Positions 46,139-56,002 of a DNA stretch of 64,000 bases are shown piece by piece; the stretch's first letter is position 1, and each line of letters opens with the position of its first letter. This stretch comes from Chloroflexota bacterium (lineage in GTDB: Bacteria > Chloroflexota > Limnocylindria > Limnocylindrales > CSP1-4): positions 17,468 through 81,467 of the forward strand of contig JBJOLT010000042.1 of the NCBI GenBank assembly GCA_046045415.1, in the 5' to 3' direction. The translations under genes were made by a program, and so were the position numbers. The notes under the pieces were generated by a model. That model saw only the letters and a program-made list of their open reading frames with translations. It did no database searches and was not told where the DNA came from.

Positions 46139-47062
46139 CTACGTCCGCCAGCGGTGCGGCCGGTCCGCGAGCCGCGTGAGCCCCATCTCGTCGCAGAAGG
46201 CGCGCCATCCGTCGCGCGGCGTCCCGAGCCAGCGGAGCTCGTCGGGGTCGCGCTCGGGCAGCGGCGAGTCGCGGCGGAGCGTCGCGAGCTCGCGGAAGAG
46301 GAGTGCCTCGTCGAAGCGCTCGCGGAGCGTCGCCGCGAGCCGTTCGGCGCCGCGGACCGGCACCTCCCACGCCGCCGCGTCCCGCGGGATCGCCTCGAGC
46401 CGGCCGTAGCGCGCGAGGACCGCGGCAGCGCTCGTCGCACCCCAGCCGGGGAGCCCGGGGTATCCGTCGGCCGCGTCGCCGACGAGCGCGAGGAGGTCCG
46501 GGATCGAGGCGGGCGGGACCCCCCACTTCGCGCGGACGGCCGCGTCGTCGTACGTGAGGTCGCGGCGCCGGTCGCGGAGGACGACCCGCCCGTCGACGAC
46601 GCACTGGGCGAGATCCTTGTCCGGCGTGCAGATGAGGACGCGCTCGACGCCCGCGGCCGGGCCGCGCCCCCCGGATCCGCCCCCGCCGGGGCTCCCGTCG
46701 CCGCCCCACCGCGCCGCGGCGGTCGCGAGCGCGTCGTCCGCCTCGTGCTCCACCATCGCCCACGAGACGACCCCGAGTGCGACGATCGCTCGCTCGGCGA
46801 TCGGGAACTGCGCGAGGAGCTCGGGCGGGACGCCGGCGTCGGTCTTGTAGCCCGGGTACAGATCGTTCCGGAACGAGGCGACGACGCGGTCCGTCGCGCA
46901 CGCGACGTGGGTCGCGCCCTCGTCGCGGAGGAGGGCGAGGAGCGTGGCGACGAGCCCGGCGACCCCGGTGAGGAGGATCCCGTCGCGGCCCCGGACCGGC
47001 GGACGCGGCGTGTGGTGCGCGCGGAAGAGCTCGTACGTCGCGTCGACGAGGTGGAGCTCCAC
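46139..47062 (-). CDS. 5'-3' exonuclease / flap endonuclease (Pol I N-terminal domain-like)
   Basis: 307 aa. LVDATYELFRA, EHEADDALAT and the H3TH region LALVGDAADGYPGLPGWG. Confidence 0.8.
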   Translation of the reverse strand: MELHLVDATYELFRAHHTPRPPVRGRDGILLTGVAGLVATLLALLRDEGATHVACATDRVVASFRNDLYPGYKTDAGVPPELLAQFPIAERAIVALGVVSWAMVEHEADDALATAAARWGGDGSPGGGGSGGRGPAAGVERVLICTPDKDLAQCVVDGRVVLRDRRRDLTYDDAAVRAKWGVPPASIPDLLALVGDAADGYPGLPGWGATSAAAVLARYGRLEAIPRDAAAWEVPVRGAERLAATLRERFDEALLFRELATLRRDSPLPERDPDELRWLGTPRDGWRAFCDEMGLTRLADRPHRWRT

Positions 47063-47075
47063 CCGTCCCGGCCCG

Positions 47076-47633
47076 CTAGTCGCGGAGCGGGAGCTCGCCC
47101 GCTTCGACGAGCTCCTTGAGCCGGACGAGGTCCGCCTGGAAGATCCGGCCGAGGATCGGCCGCTGGACGATCGCGCCGAGCTGCGGGAAGAGGGGCGGGA
47201 CGAGCCGCTCGTCCCACGTGACGAGCGTCGTCGACCCGTCGGCGCCGGGCCGGAGCTGGATCAGCCCCTCCCCGGTGAAGCGGCCCGCGTGACGGATCCC
47301 GAAGCGGACGGGCGGCTCCCAGACGGCGATCTCGACCGGGTCGGTGACGCCGATCCCGAAGATCCGGACGTCCGCCTCGCCGCGCGTCCCGACGCCGACC
47401 GGGCCGTCGCCCTCGAGGCGGACCGCCTTCATCTCGTGCATCCAGCGCGGCTGCGACGGGATGTCGGAGACGGCGCGCCAGACGAGCCCCATCGGCGCGG
47501 CGATCTCGATGACGCTCCGGATCGGCCGGTCCACCGGGGAGCCGGCCACGAACGGGTCGAGGTCGAGGATCCGGTCGAGGAGCGCAGCGACCCCGAGCGC
47601 CGCCGCCGCGGCGCCGAGGAGGCGGCCGATCAT
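47076..47633 (-). CDS. SRPBCC (polyketide cyclase/dehydrase-like) family protein
   Basis: ATG 47633 overlaps the upstream stop (ATGA). 185 aa. IEIAAPMGLVWRAVSDIPSQPRWM is the typical SRPBCC start. Confidence 0.7.
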   Translation of the reverse strand: MIGRLLGAAAAALGVAALLDRILDLDPFVAGSPVDRPIRSVIEIAAPMGLVWRAVSDIPSQPRWMHEMKAVRLEGDGPVGVGTRGEADVRIFGIGVTDPVEIAVWEPPVRFGIRHAGRFTGEGLIQLRPGADGSTTLVTWDERLVPPLFPQLGAIVQRPILGRIFQADLVRLKELVEAGELPLRD

Positions 47634-48310
47634 CGGACGGCCCCGGCCCGGGCGGCCGCGTCGGGCGCGGTCCCGGCCACGGCGGCCAGCAGCCGTGCGG
47701 CCTCGGCGAGCACCACCCCCGCGGCCTCGAGGCGGGCGATCGTCCGCTCCCCGTCCCCGGGCGAGAGGTCGACGGCGCGGATCGCGTCGACGAGGAGCGT
47801 CGTCCGGAACCCGAGGGCGACGGCGTCCTCCGCGGTCGCCCCGACGCAGTAGTCGGTCGCGAGCCCGCAGACGAGGATCCGCTCGACGCCGCGACCCCGG
47901 AGGAGCGCCTCCAGCCCGGTCGGGACCGTCGCGCCGCTCGTGGGGTCGCGCATCGTGAAGCCCGAGTAGCCGTCCTCGCCGTTCGCCCCCTTCCGGATGA
48001 CCGGGCCGGCGACGTCGAGCCCCGCCACCAGCTCGGCGCCCCACGTCCCCTTGACGCAGTGGGGCGGCCACGCCCCGCCGAACGCCGCGAAGTGGGGCGT
48101 CTCCTCGGGATGCCAGTCCTGGGTGTAGACGACGAGCGCGCCGGCGTCGCGGGCGCAGCCGACGAGCCGGTCGACGATCGACACGAGGCCCTCGCCGCCG
48201 GCGACGTGGAGGCTCCCCGCGGGATCGGCGAAGTCGTTCTGGAGGTCGGTGACGACGAGGGCCGTCCGCCCGTCGAAGGGGAGGGCCGCCCGGCCGCGCT
48301 GCTCGCTCAT
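47630..48310 (-). CDS. pncA: isochorismatase-family hydrolase, nicotinamidase-like
   Basis: ATG 48310 inside ORF 47630..48376. LVVTDLQNDF, YTQDWHP and VCGLATDYCV (catalytic Cys). Confidence 0.78.
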   Translation of the reverse strand: MSEQRGRAALPFDGRTALVVTDLQNDFADPAGSLHVAGGEGLVSIVDRLVGCARDAGALVVYTQDWHPEETPHFAAFGGAWPPHCVKGTWGAELVAGLDVAGPVIRKGANGEDGYSGFTMRDPTSGATVPTGLEALLRGRGVERILVCGLATDYCVGATAEDAVALGFRTTLLVDAIRAVDLSPGDGERTIARLEAAGVVLAEAARLLAAVAGTAPDAAARAGAVR

Positions 48311-48433
48311 CAGGGATACCCTAGCGCCACGCGGGCGGATCTGCGCTACGCTCTCGCCCGCCCGCCGGACCCGCATCGGCGGCCCAGCCCGAACCGGTAC
48401 CGTCCGCGGACCTCACGGAGCGCGTCGCGACCG

Positions 48434-51118
48434 ATGATCTTCGACGAGTTCAAGCAGCAGCTCCCCGACATCGACCCGGCCGAGACCGACGACTGGCTCG
48501 ACTCGTTCGACCAGGTCGTCGACGGCGAGGGCGAGAACCGCGCGCGCTTCCTCGTCTACAAGCTCCTCAAGCGGGCGCGGCAGCGTCACGTGGGCCTCCC
48601 GCCGCTCACCCAGACGCGCTACATCAACACGATCAGCCCGGAGCAGGAGCCCTACTTCCCGGGCGACGAGGACCTGGAGCGCCGGATCCGCCGGCTCGTC
48701 CGCTGGAACGCGGTCGCGATGGTCCTCCGCGCGAACAGCCGCTTCCCCGGGATCGGCGGGCACCTCTCCACCTACGCGAGCTCGGCGAGCCTCTACGAGG
48801 TGGGCTTCAACCACTTCTTCCGCGGGAAGGACGCCGAGGGCGGCGGCGACCAGATCTTCTACCAGGGTCACGCCGCGCCCGGCATCTACGCCCGGGCCTT
48901 CCTCGAGGGCCGGCTCAGCGCCGAGCAGCTCGACCTCTTCCGGCGCGAGGTCGCGGGAGCGGGTGCCGGGCTCAGCTCGTACCCCCATCCGCGGACGATG
49001 CCCGACTTCTGGGAGTTCCCGACCGTCTCGATGGGGCTCGGGCCGATCTCGGCGGTCTACCAGGCGCGGTTCAACCGGTACCTCGAGAACCGCGGCCTGA
49101 AGCCGACGGGCGCCCAGCGCGTCTGGGCCTTCCTCGGCGACGGCGAGATGGACGAGCCCGAGGCGACGGCCGCGCTCTCGCTCGCCGCCCGCGAGGGGCT
49201 CGACAACCTCACGTTCGTCATCAACTGCAACCTCCAGCGCCTCGACGGCCCGGTCCGCGGGAACGGGAAGGTGATCCAGGAGTTCGAGGGGCTCTTCCGC
49301 GGCGCGGGCTGGAACGTCATCAAGGTGATCTGGGGCCGCGAGTGGGACGAGCTCCTCGCCCGCGACGTCGACGGCGTCCTCGTCAACCGGATGGGGGAGA
49401 CCCTCGACGGTGAGTTCCAGAAGTACTCGGTCTCCGACGGTGCGTATCTCCGCGAGCACTTCTTCGGGACCGATCCGCGGCTCCGCGCGCTCGTCGAGCA
49501 CCTCTCGGACGAGCGGCTGACGAAGCTCCGCCGAGGCGGCCACGACTACCGGAAGCTCTTCGCGGCGTACAAGGCGGCGACCGAGTACCGCGGCGCGCCG
49601 ACGGTGATCCTCGCGAAGACGATCAAGGGCTGGACGCTCGGCGGGATGGCGGAGGGCCGGAACTTCACCCACCAGCTGAAGAAGCTCTCCGAGGCCGAGC
49701 TGAAGGTCTTCCGCGACCGGCTCGAGCTCCCGATCCCCGACGCCGAGCTCGCGGAGGCGCCCTACTTCCACCCGGGCCCGGACTCGCCCGAGGTCCGCTA
49801 CCTCGAGGAGCGGCGGGCGGCGCTCGGCGGCCCGCTCCCGCGCCGGGTCGTCCGCTCGAGCCCGCTCCCCGCGCCGGAGCCGGTGGTCGACGCCGAGTTC
49901 GCCGGCGGGAGCGAGATCGCCGTCAGCACGACGATGGCGTTCGGGCGGCTCCTCCGGAACCTGATCCGCGACCCCGGGCTGGGCCGGCGGATCGTCCCGA
50001 TCATCCCGGACGAGGCGCGGACCTTCGGGATGGACCCGCTCTTCAAGGAGGTGGGGATCTACGCGGCGCTCGGCCAGCGCTACGAGCCGGTCGACTCCGA
50101 CCTCGTCCTCTCGTACCGCGAGGCGACCGACGGCCAGGTCCTCGAGGAGGGGATCACCGAGGCGGGGTCGATGGCCTCGTTCCAGGCCGCCGGGACCGCG
50201 TACGCGTCGCACGGGATCGCGACGATCCCGTTCTACATCTTCTACTCGATGTTCGGGTTCCAGCGGACCGGCGACCAGGCATGGGCGTTCGCCGACGCGC
50301 GCGGCCGCGGGTTCATGATGGGCGCGACCGCCGGCCGGACGACGCTCGCCGGCGAGGGGCTCCAGCACGACGACGGCCACTCCCACGTCCTCGCCTCGGT
50401 CGTCCCGACGCTCCGCGGCTACGACCCGGCGTACGCGTACGAGCTCGCGACGATCGTCCGCGACGGGATCGGGCGGATGTGGGGCGGCGAGGGCGAGGAC
50501 CTCCTCTACTACATCACGCTCTACAACGAGAACTACCCGATGCCGGCGAAGCCCGCCGGGGTGGACGACGGGATCGTCCGCGGCCTCTACCGGCTCGCCG
50601 AGGCGCCGTCGCTCGGGAAGCGCGGCACCGCAACGGCGCGCCTCGTCGGGAGCGGCTCGATCCTCGCCGAGGTCGTGAAGGCGCGGGACCTGCTCGCCGA
50701 GCGGTACGGCGTCGCCGCCGAGGTCTACAGCGCGACCTCGTTCCAGCTCCTCCGCCGCGACGCGCTCGAGGCGGAGCGGTGGAACCTCCGGAACCCGGCG
50801 AAGCCGGCCCGGACGCCGTACGTCGCGACGCTCCTCGGGGCGGACGGCGGGCCGATCGTCGCCGCGACCGACTGGATCCGGGCGCTCCCGGACATGGTCC
50901 GAGCCTGGCTCCCGCGCGACTACGTGACGCTCGGGACCGACGGGTTCGGGCGGAGCGACACCCGCGAGAACCTCCGCGCCCACTTCGAGGTCGACGCCGC
51001 GCACGTCGCCGGGGCGACGCTCGCCGCGCTCGCGCGCGCCGGGACGATCACCGCGAAGCAGGCGGCGACGGCGCTCGACGAGCTCGGGATCGACCCGGAG
51101 CGCCCGGCCCCCTTCTGA
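48434..51118 (+). CDS. aceE: pyruvate dehydrogenase E1 component, homodimeric type
   Basis: ATG 48434 within ORF 48059..51118. 894 aa. GGHLSTYASSASLYEVGFNHFFRG and the TPP-binding motif FLGDGEMDEPE. Confidence 0.93.
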   Translation: MIFDEFKQQLPDIDPAETDDWLDSFDQVVDGEGENRARFLVYKLLKRARQRHVGLPPLTQTRYINTISPEQEPYFPGDEDLERRIRRLVRWNAVAMVLRANSRFPGIGGHLSTYASSASLYEVGFNHFFRGKDAEGGGDQIFYQGHAAPGIYARAFLEGRLSAEQLDLFRREVAGAGAGLSSYPHPRTMPDFWEFPTVSMGLGPISAVYQARFNRYLENRGLKPTGAQRVWAFLGDGEMDEPEATAALSLAAREGLDNLTFVINCNLQRLDGPVRGNGKVIQEFEGLFRGAGWNVIKVIWGREWDELLARDVDGVLVNRMGETLDGEFQKYSVSDGAYLREHFFGTDPRLRALVEHLSDERLTKLRRGGHDYRKLFAAYKAATEYRGAPTVILAKTIKGWTLGGMAEGRNFTHQLKKLSEAELKVFRDRLELPIPDAELAEAPYFHPGPDSPEVRYLEERRAALGGPLPRRVVRSSPLPAPEPVVDAEFAGGSEIAVSTTMAFGRLLRNLIRDPGLGRRIVPIIPDEARTFGMDPLFKEVGIYAALGQRYEPVDSDLVLSYREATDGQVLEEGITEAGSMASFQAAGTAYASHGIATIPFYIFYSMFGFQRTGDQAWAFADARGRGFMMGATAGRTTLAGEGLQHDDGHSHVLASVVPTLRGYDPAYAYELATIVRDGIGRMWGGEGEDLLYYITLYNENYPMPAKPAGVDDGIVRGLYRLAEAPSLGKRGTATARLVGSGSILAEVVKARDLLAERYGVAAEVYSATSFQLLRRDALEAERWNLRNPAKPARTPYVATLLGADGGPIVAATDWIRALPDMVRAWLPRDYVTLGTDGFGRSDTRENLRAHFEVDAAHVAGATLAALARAGTITAKQAATALDELGIDPERPAPF

Positions 51119-51200
51119 GCCTCGGTCGGGAACCGCCGGGGCGCGTCGCGCGTCTTGGCCTCGAGACGGCCGCCGTGCCGGAGAGCCCCGAGGACCCACG

Positions 51201-51977
51201 ATGAACGCTTCGCCGACCCCCGCCCACGCCGACCGGACCCGCTGGCTCGTGATCGGTGCCCTCATCGGACTCGCGGTCGCGATCGTCGCGAGCCCCGCCT
51301 TCCCCGAGCGGACCTCGATCGCCGTCGACGACGGGACGAGTGCCGCCGAGCACACGATCTCCGTCGCGGCGACCGGCCGCGTGACGGTCCGGCCCGACGT
51401 CGCGGACGTCCGGATCGGCGTCTCCGTCACCCGCGAGACCGCGACCGAGGCGCGCGACGTCGGCGCCTCGCAGATGGCGAAGGTCGTCGCCGCGATCAAG
51501 GCGGCGGGCGTCGCCGACCGCGACCTCCAGACGAGCTCCCTCTCGCTCCAGCCGGTCTACGACTACTCGATCTCCGGGAGCGCGCCGCGCCTCACCGGCT
51601 ACCAGATGACGAACGTCGTCACCGCGACGGTTCGCGACGTCGAGACGGTCGCGGCGGTGATCGACGACGCGACCCGTGCCGGCGCGACGACGATCGACTC
51701 GATCTCGTTCCGCATCGACGACCCGACCGGGCCGGAGAACGAGGCGCGGAAGCTCGCGATGGCGGAGGCGAAGCGGCGCGCCGAGGCGCTCGCCGCCGAG
51801 GCGAACGTCCGGGTCGTCGGGGTCGTCTCCATCGCCGAGTCGTCCGGGAACGTGACCCCGCCGGTCTACTACGAGAAGGCGATGGCCGGCGACACGAGCC
51901 TCGGCGACGCGACGAACATCCAGGTGGGGACGAACGAGGTGACGCTCACCGTCTCCGTCGTCTACCTGATCGACTGA
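51201..51977 (+). CDS. SIMPL/DUF541 domain protein with an N-terminal TM anchor
   Basis: 258 aa. TVRPDVADVRIGVS, LSLQPVYDY, GYQMTNVVTATVRD and AMAEAKRRAEALA form the SIMPL pattern. Confidence 0.8.
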   Translation: MNASPTPAHADRTRWLVIGALIGLAVAIVASPAFPERTSIAVDDGTSAAEHTISVAATGRVTVRPDVADVRIGVSVTRETATEARDVGASQMAKVVAAIKAAGVADRDLQTSSLSLQPVYDYSISGSAPRLTGYQMTNVVTATVRDVETVAAVIDDATRAGATTIDSISFRIDDPTGPENEARKLAMAEAKRRAEALAAEANVRVVGVVSIAESSGNVTPPVYYEKAMAGDTSLGDATNIQVGTNEVTLTVSVVYLID

Positions 51978-51980
51978 CGC

Positions 51981-53324
51981 TCAGCGCGGGGCGAGCTCCA
52001 GGAGCTCGCCCCGCTCGAGGTCGAGGACGAGGATCGTCCCGTCGGCGGCGACGCCGAACGAGGCGATCCGCCGACCGGTCTCGAGGAGGACGCGCGGCGC
52101 CTGCGGGCCGTCCGCGGCGGCGTCGATCGTCCAGATCGTCCCGGAGCAGTAGTCCGCGAAGAGGACGCGGCCGGCGAGGGAGCTGGTCGCGTCGCCGCGA
52201 GCGACCGGCCCGCCGGTGACGGAGCAGCCGACGTCGTGCGTGTAGACGGCCGCCGGGAGCGTCTGGCCGGTCGCGTCGCAGCCGGTCGCCGGGGAGAAGC
52301 AGAGGTCCCCTTCGGTGATCTTCCAGCCGAGGTTCGCGGGCGCGGGCGACCCGGCCCGGACGACCGAGACCTCCTCGACCGCGTTCTGGCCGACGTCGCC
52401 GATCCAGAGGTCGCCGGTCGCCGGGTCGAACGCGAACCGCCACGGGTTCCGGAGGCCGATCGCCCAGATCTCCGCCGCCCCGCCCCCGGAGGCGAACGGG
52501 TTGTCCGCGGGGATCGAGTACGGCCGCGCGGCGGTCGCCCGGTCGACGTCGATCCGGAGGATCTTCCCGAGGAGGCTCGTCCGGTCCTGGCCGTAGCCGT
52601 GCGGGTCGCCGCCGAGCCCGCCGTCGCCGGTCCCGATGTAGAGGAACCCGTCCGGCCCGAACGCGAGGTGGCCGCCGTTGTGGTTCGGGTACGGCTGGTC
52701 GATCCGGAGGAGGATCCGCTCCGTCCCCGGGTCGACCCGGTCGCCGCGCCCGGCATCCGCGACCTCGAGCGAGGCGACGACCGTGTCGCCGGCGAGGTCC
52801 GTGTAGTTGACGAAGAGCCGCGGGTCGGCAGGGAAGCGCGGATGGACGGCGAGCCCGAGGAGCCCCTGCTCGCCCCCGGCGACGAGCCGGTCCGAGAGGT
52901 CGACGAGGACCCCGGGCTCGAGGCGGCCGTCGCGGACGACCCGGATCCGGCCGACCTGCTCGACGACGAGGAGCCGGCCGCTCCCGTCACCCGCGTCGAC
53001 GGCGACGATCGGCGACTCGAGGCCGGCCGCGAGCGGGACGAGCTCGGCGCGCGGCTCCGCGGGCGCCGTCGGCGTCGTCGTCGACGCGGCCGTCCCGGGG
53101 GTGGGGAGCGCCGACGGGCTCGCGCCGCCACCCGCGCCGCCGGTGGGGCCCGGCACGGCGGTCGGGGTAGCCGCCGGGTCGCCGAGCGCGACCGGCTCCT
53201 GCGAGACCCACGGCGGCCGCCCCGCCATCACGAACGAGAGCACCGCGACGAGGACCGCGCCGATCAGCCCGAGGGCGAGCGCGATCCGCGCGACCGCGCG
53301 GGCGATCCGGCCGAGCGCACGCAC
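51981..53324 (-). CDS. PQQ-dependent sugar (glucose/sorbosone) dehydrogenase, membrane-anchored
   Basis: GTG 53324 preceded by GAGGAAGG. 447 aa. NHNGGHLAFGPDGFLYIGTGDGG, GKILRID and GLRNPWRFAFD are beta-propeller motifs. Confidence 0.82.
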   Translation of the reverse strand: MRALGRIARAVARIALALGLIGAVLVAVLSFVMAGRPPWVSQEPVALGDPAATPTAVPGPTGGAGGGASPSALPTPGTAASTTTPTAPAEPRAELVPLAAGLESPIVAVDAGDGSGRLLVVEQVGRIRVVRDGRLEPGVLVDLSDRLVAGGEQGLLGLAVHPRFPADPRLFVNYTDLAGDTVVASLEVADAGRGDRVDPGTERILLRIDQPYPNHNGGHLAFGPDGFLYIGTGDGGLGGDPHGYGQDRTSLLGKILRIDVDRATAARPYSIPADNPFASGGGAAEIWAIGLRNPWRFAFDPATGDLWIGDVGQNAVEEVSVVRAGSPAPANLGWKITEGDLCFSPATGCDATGQTLPAAVYTHDVGCSVTGGPVARGDATSSLAGRVLFADYCSGTIWTIDAAADGPQAPRVLLETGRRIASFGVAADGTILVLDLERGELLELAPR

Positions 53325-53331
53325 GCCTTCC

Positions 53332-53835
53332 TCAGTCCTCGTGCGCCGACGTCCGGCCGACGACCGCCCCGAGGGCGACCGCGACGGCCGCGAGCGAGCG
53401 GGGATCGAGCGCGTCGACGAAGTAGTCGCGGACGCCGCGGAGGTGGGTCGCGGAGGCGCGCCGGAGGAGCTCGAGCCCACGCTCCGTCAGGACCGCGAAC
53501 GTGCCGCGCGCGTCGGACTCGCAGTGGGTCCGCTCGACGAGCCCGTCCTCGACGAGCCGGTCGACGAGCCGGGTCAGCCCGCTCTTCGAGAGGAGGACGC
53601 GGTCGGCGAGGACGTTCATCCGGAGCGTCCGCCCCTCCGCGTGGGCGAGCTGGACGAGCGCGTCGTATTCGGAGATGGAGATGCCGTGCGCCCGCCGGAG
53701 GTCGTCGTCGAGCCGTCGCGTCACGTGCGCATGGGCGACGAGGAACGCGCGCCACGCGTCGAGGCCGGCCGGGGAGATCCCGGCGCGCTCGGCGGCGGTC
53801 GCGATCGCGGTCGGCAGCTCGTGGGTCTCGCGCAT
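53332..53835 (-). CDS. MarR family transcriptional regulator
   Basis: ATG 53835 inside ORF 53332..54621. 167 aa. ISISEYDALVQL, LSKSGLTRLVDRLVEDGLV and DARGTFAVLTERG form a winged helix. Confidence 0.85.
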   Translation of the reverse strand: MRETHELPTAIATAAERAGISPAGLDAWRAFLVAHAHVTRRLDDDLRRAHGISISEYDALVQLAHAEGRTLRMNVLADRVLLSKSGLTRLVDRLVEDGLVERTHCESDARGTFAVLTERGLELLRRASATHLRGVRDYFVDALDPRSLAAVAVALGAVVGRTSAHED

Positions 53836-53866
53836 CGTCCGGATGATACCGCGCCCGGTCGGATAC

Positions 53867-53910
53867 GGTTGACTGTGCAACCATCGGTCGGGTAGAGTCG
53901 TTGAGTCAAC
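53867..53910 (+). promoter_or_regulatory. candidate yceI promoter with two palindromes (possible MarR operators)
   Basis: TTGACT (53869-53874), an 18-nt spacer, then TAGAGT (53893-53898). Palindrome GGTTGACTGTGCAACC (53867-53882) overlaps the -35 element. Palindrome GTTGAGTCAAC (53900-53910) lies just past the -10 element. Confidence 0.45.
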
Positions 53911-53983
53911 AACGAAAGGGGAACCGGCGCAGCTCCAACGAGCCGCGGCGGCGACGGCCCGCCACCTGGAGGCAGACGCACCG

Positions 53984-54511
53984 ATGACGACCTGGAAGAT
54001 CGACCCGGCCCATACCGACGTCCTCTTCTCCGCGAAGCACATGATGGTGACGACCGTCCGCGGGAAGTTCCACGGGGTGGACGGGGAGCTCGAGATCGAC
54101 GAGGCGAACCCGCGGGCGATCCGCGGCGAGATCCGGATCGACGCGACGAGCCTCGACACGGGGACCGCCCAGCGGGACGACCACCTCCGCTCCGGCGACT
54201 TCCTGCTCGCGACGGAGCACCCCTCGATCGTCGGTCGCGTCGTCTCGGTGGAGCCGGACGGCGACGAGTGGAAGGTCGCGGTCGACCTCTCGATCCGCGG
54301 CGTGACGAAGCGGGTCGTCTTCGAGGGCGAGTTCGGCGGGATCGTCCCGGGGATGTCGGGCGCGCGGCACTTCGGCGCGACGCTCGAGGCGAAGATCGAC
54401 CGGCGCGACTTCGGGCTCGTCTGGAACGTCCCGCTCGGCGGCGACGCGGTCCTCGTCGGGAACGAGATCAAGCTCGAGATCGAGGTCGCGGCGGACGAGG
54501 CCGCCGGCTGA
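53984..54511 (+). CDS. YceI family polyisoprenoid-binding protein
   Basis: 175 aa. WKIDPAHTDVLFSAKHMMVTTVRGKF, TGTAQRDDHLRS and SIRGVTK motifs. Confidence 0.88.
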   Translation: MTTWKIDPAHTDVLFSAKHMMVTTVRGKFHGVDGELEIDEANPRAIRGEIRIDATSLDTGTAQRDDHLRSGDFLLATEHPSIVGRVVSVEPDGDEWKVAVDLSIRGVTKRVVFEGEFGGIVPGMSGARHFGATLEAKIDRRDFGLVWNVPLGGDAVLVGNEIKLEIEVAADEAAG

Positions 54512-54632
54512 CGAGCGGCGGGGGGCTCGGAAGGTCCGCCGAAGCGGAGCATCGCGCACGCGCCGGGCTCCGCGCCGTCGGTCGCGGACTGTGACGGTTT
54601 CGTGATGTTCGGGTAGCACATATACTCCGGAC

Positions 54633-54662
54633 CGGCCCCCGCCTTCCCCCCGGCGGGGGCCG
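54633..54662 (+). terminator. strong GC hairpin without a U-tract (possible yceI terminator or leader structure)
   Basis: CGGCCCCCGCC (54633-54643), loop TTCCCCCC, then GGCGGGGGCCG (54652-54662): an 11-bp perfect stem. Lies 122 nt after the yceI stop and 57 nt before the next start. No T-run follows. Confidence 0.35.
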
Positions 54663-54718
54663 TTCCATCCCCGCGGCCGCGCTACGATGCCGCCCATCGT
54701 CATCCGCCGGAGGCCAGC

Positions 54719-56002
54719 GTGACCGCATACGACGTCACCGAGATCCGCGCCCACTTCCCCGCCCTCTCCGTGGAGCTCGACGGCCGGCCGCTCGCCTACT
54801 TCGACGGCCCGGCGGGGACGCAGGTCCCGCAGGGGGTGATCGACGCCGTCGGTCGCTACTACCGCGAGATGAACGCGAACCATGGCGGCCCCTTCCTCAC
54901 GAGCCGCCGGAGCGACGAGATGGCGGACGGGGTGCGCGCCGCGGCGGCGGACTTCCTCGGCGCCGCCTCGCCGGACGAGATCAAGTTCGGCCCGAACATG
55001 ACGACGCTGACGTTCCACCTCAGCCGCTCGATCGCGGCGACGCTCGCGCCGGGCGACGAGGTGATGATCACGACGCTCGACCACGAGGCGAACAAGGGGC
55101 CGTGGGAGGCGATCGCCCGCGACCGCGGGCTCGTCCTTCGGACCATCGACATCCGGACGGAGGACGCGACGCTCGACCTCGCCGACTTCGAGCGCCAGCT
55201 CTCGTCCCGGACGAAGCTCGTCGCCGTCGGCTACACGTCGAACGCCCTCGGGACGGTCAACCCGGTGGCCGAGATCGTCCGTCGCGCGCACGCCGCCGGG
55301 GCGCTCACGTTCGTCGACGCGGTCGCCTGGGCGCCGCACGGCCCGATCGACGTCCGGGCGCTCGGGACCGACTTCCTCATCTGCTCCGCGTACAAGTTCT
55401 ACGGTCCGCACGCCGGGATCCTCTACGGGCGGCGGGAGCTCCTCGACGCGCTCCCCGCGTACAAGGTCCGGCCCGCCTTCGACCGCTACGAGACCGGGAC
55501 CGCGAACTACGAGTGCCTCGCGGGGCTCGGCGCGACCTTCGACCACCTCGAGGGGATCGGGCGGCGCTACGGCGGAGCGGCCGGCGGGAGCCGTCGCGAA
55601 GCGCTCGTCGCCGCGATGGCCGTCGGGCGCGAGCACGAGATGACGCTCTTCGGCCGGCTCATGGACGGCTTCGCCGCGATCCCCGGGCTCCGGGTCTGGG
55701 GGATCGTCGATCGGGCGAGGTTCGATGCGGAGCGCGCCCCGACCGTGGGGATCACGCTCGAGGGAGTCTCGCCCGGCGATGCCGCCGCGACGCTCGGTGC
55801 GCGCGGGATCCCCGTGTGGGACGGCCACTTCTACGCGCAGGGGCTCATCGAGCGGCTCGGCCTCGCGGAGTCGGGCGGCGTCATCCGGATCGGGCTCGCC
55901 CACTACACGACCGCCGGCGAGATCGACCGGCTCCTCGGCGAGCTCGACGCGATCGCCGCCTCGGGACGGGCCGCCGCGCGCGGAGCGGTCGCCCGCGCGT
56001 GA
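54719..56002 (+). CDS. class V aminotransferase-fold PLP enzyme (cysteine desulfurase-like family)
   Basis: GTG 54719, 5 nt after GGAGG. 427 aa. YFDGPAGTQ, TLDHEAN, FVDAVAWAPH and SAYKFYGPH (PLP lysine context). Confidence 0.82.
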   Translation: MTAYDVTEIRAHFPALSVELDGRPLAYFDGPAGTQVPQGVIDAVGRYYREMNANHGGPFLTSRRSDEMADGVRAAAADFLGAASPDEIKFGPNMTTLTFHLSRSIAATLAPGDEVMITTLDHEANKGPWEAIARDRGLVLRTIDIRTEDATLDLADFERQLSSRTKLVAVGYTSNALGTVNPVAEIVRRAHAAGALTFVDAVAWAPHGPIDVRALGTDFLICSAYKFYGPHAGILYGRRELLDALPAYKVRPAFDRYETGTANYECLAGLGATFDHLEGIGRRYGGAAGGSRREALVAAMAVGREHEMTLFGRLMDGFAAIPGLRVWGIVDRARFDAERAPTVGITLEGVSPGDAAATLGARGIPVWDGHFYAQGLIERLGLAESGGVIRIGLAHYTTAGEIDRLLGELDAIAASGRAAARGAVARA

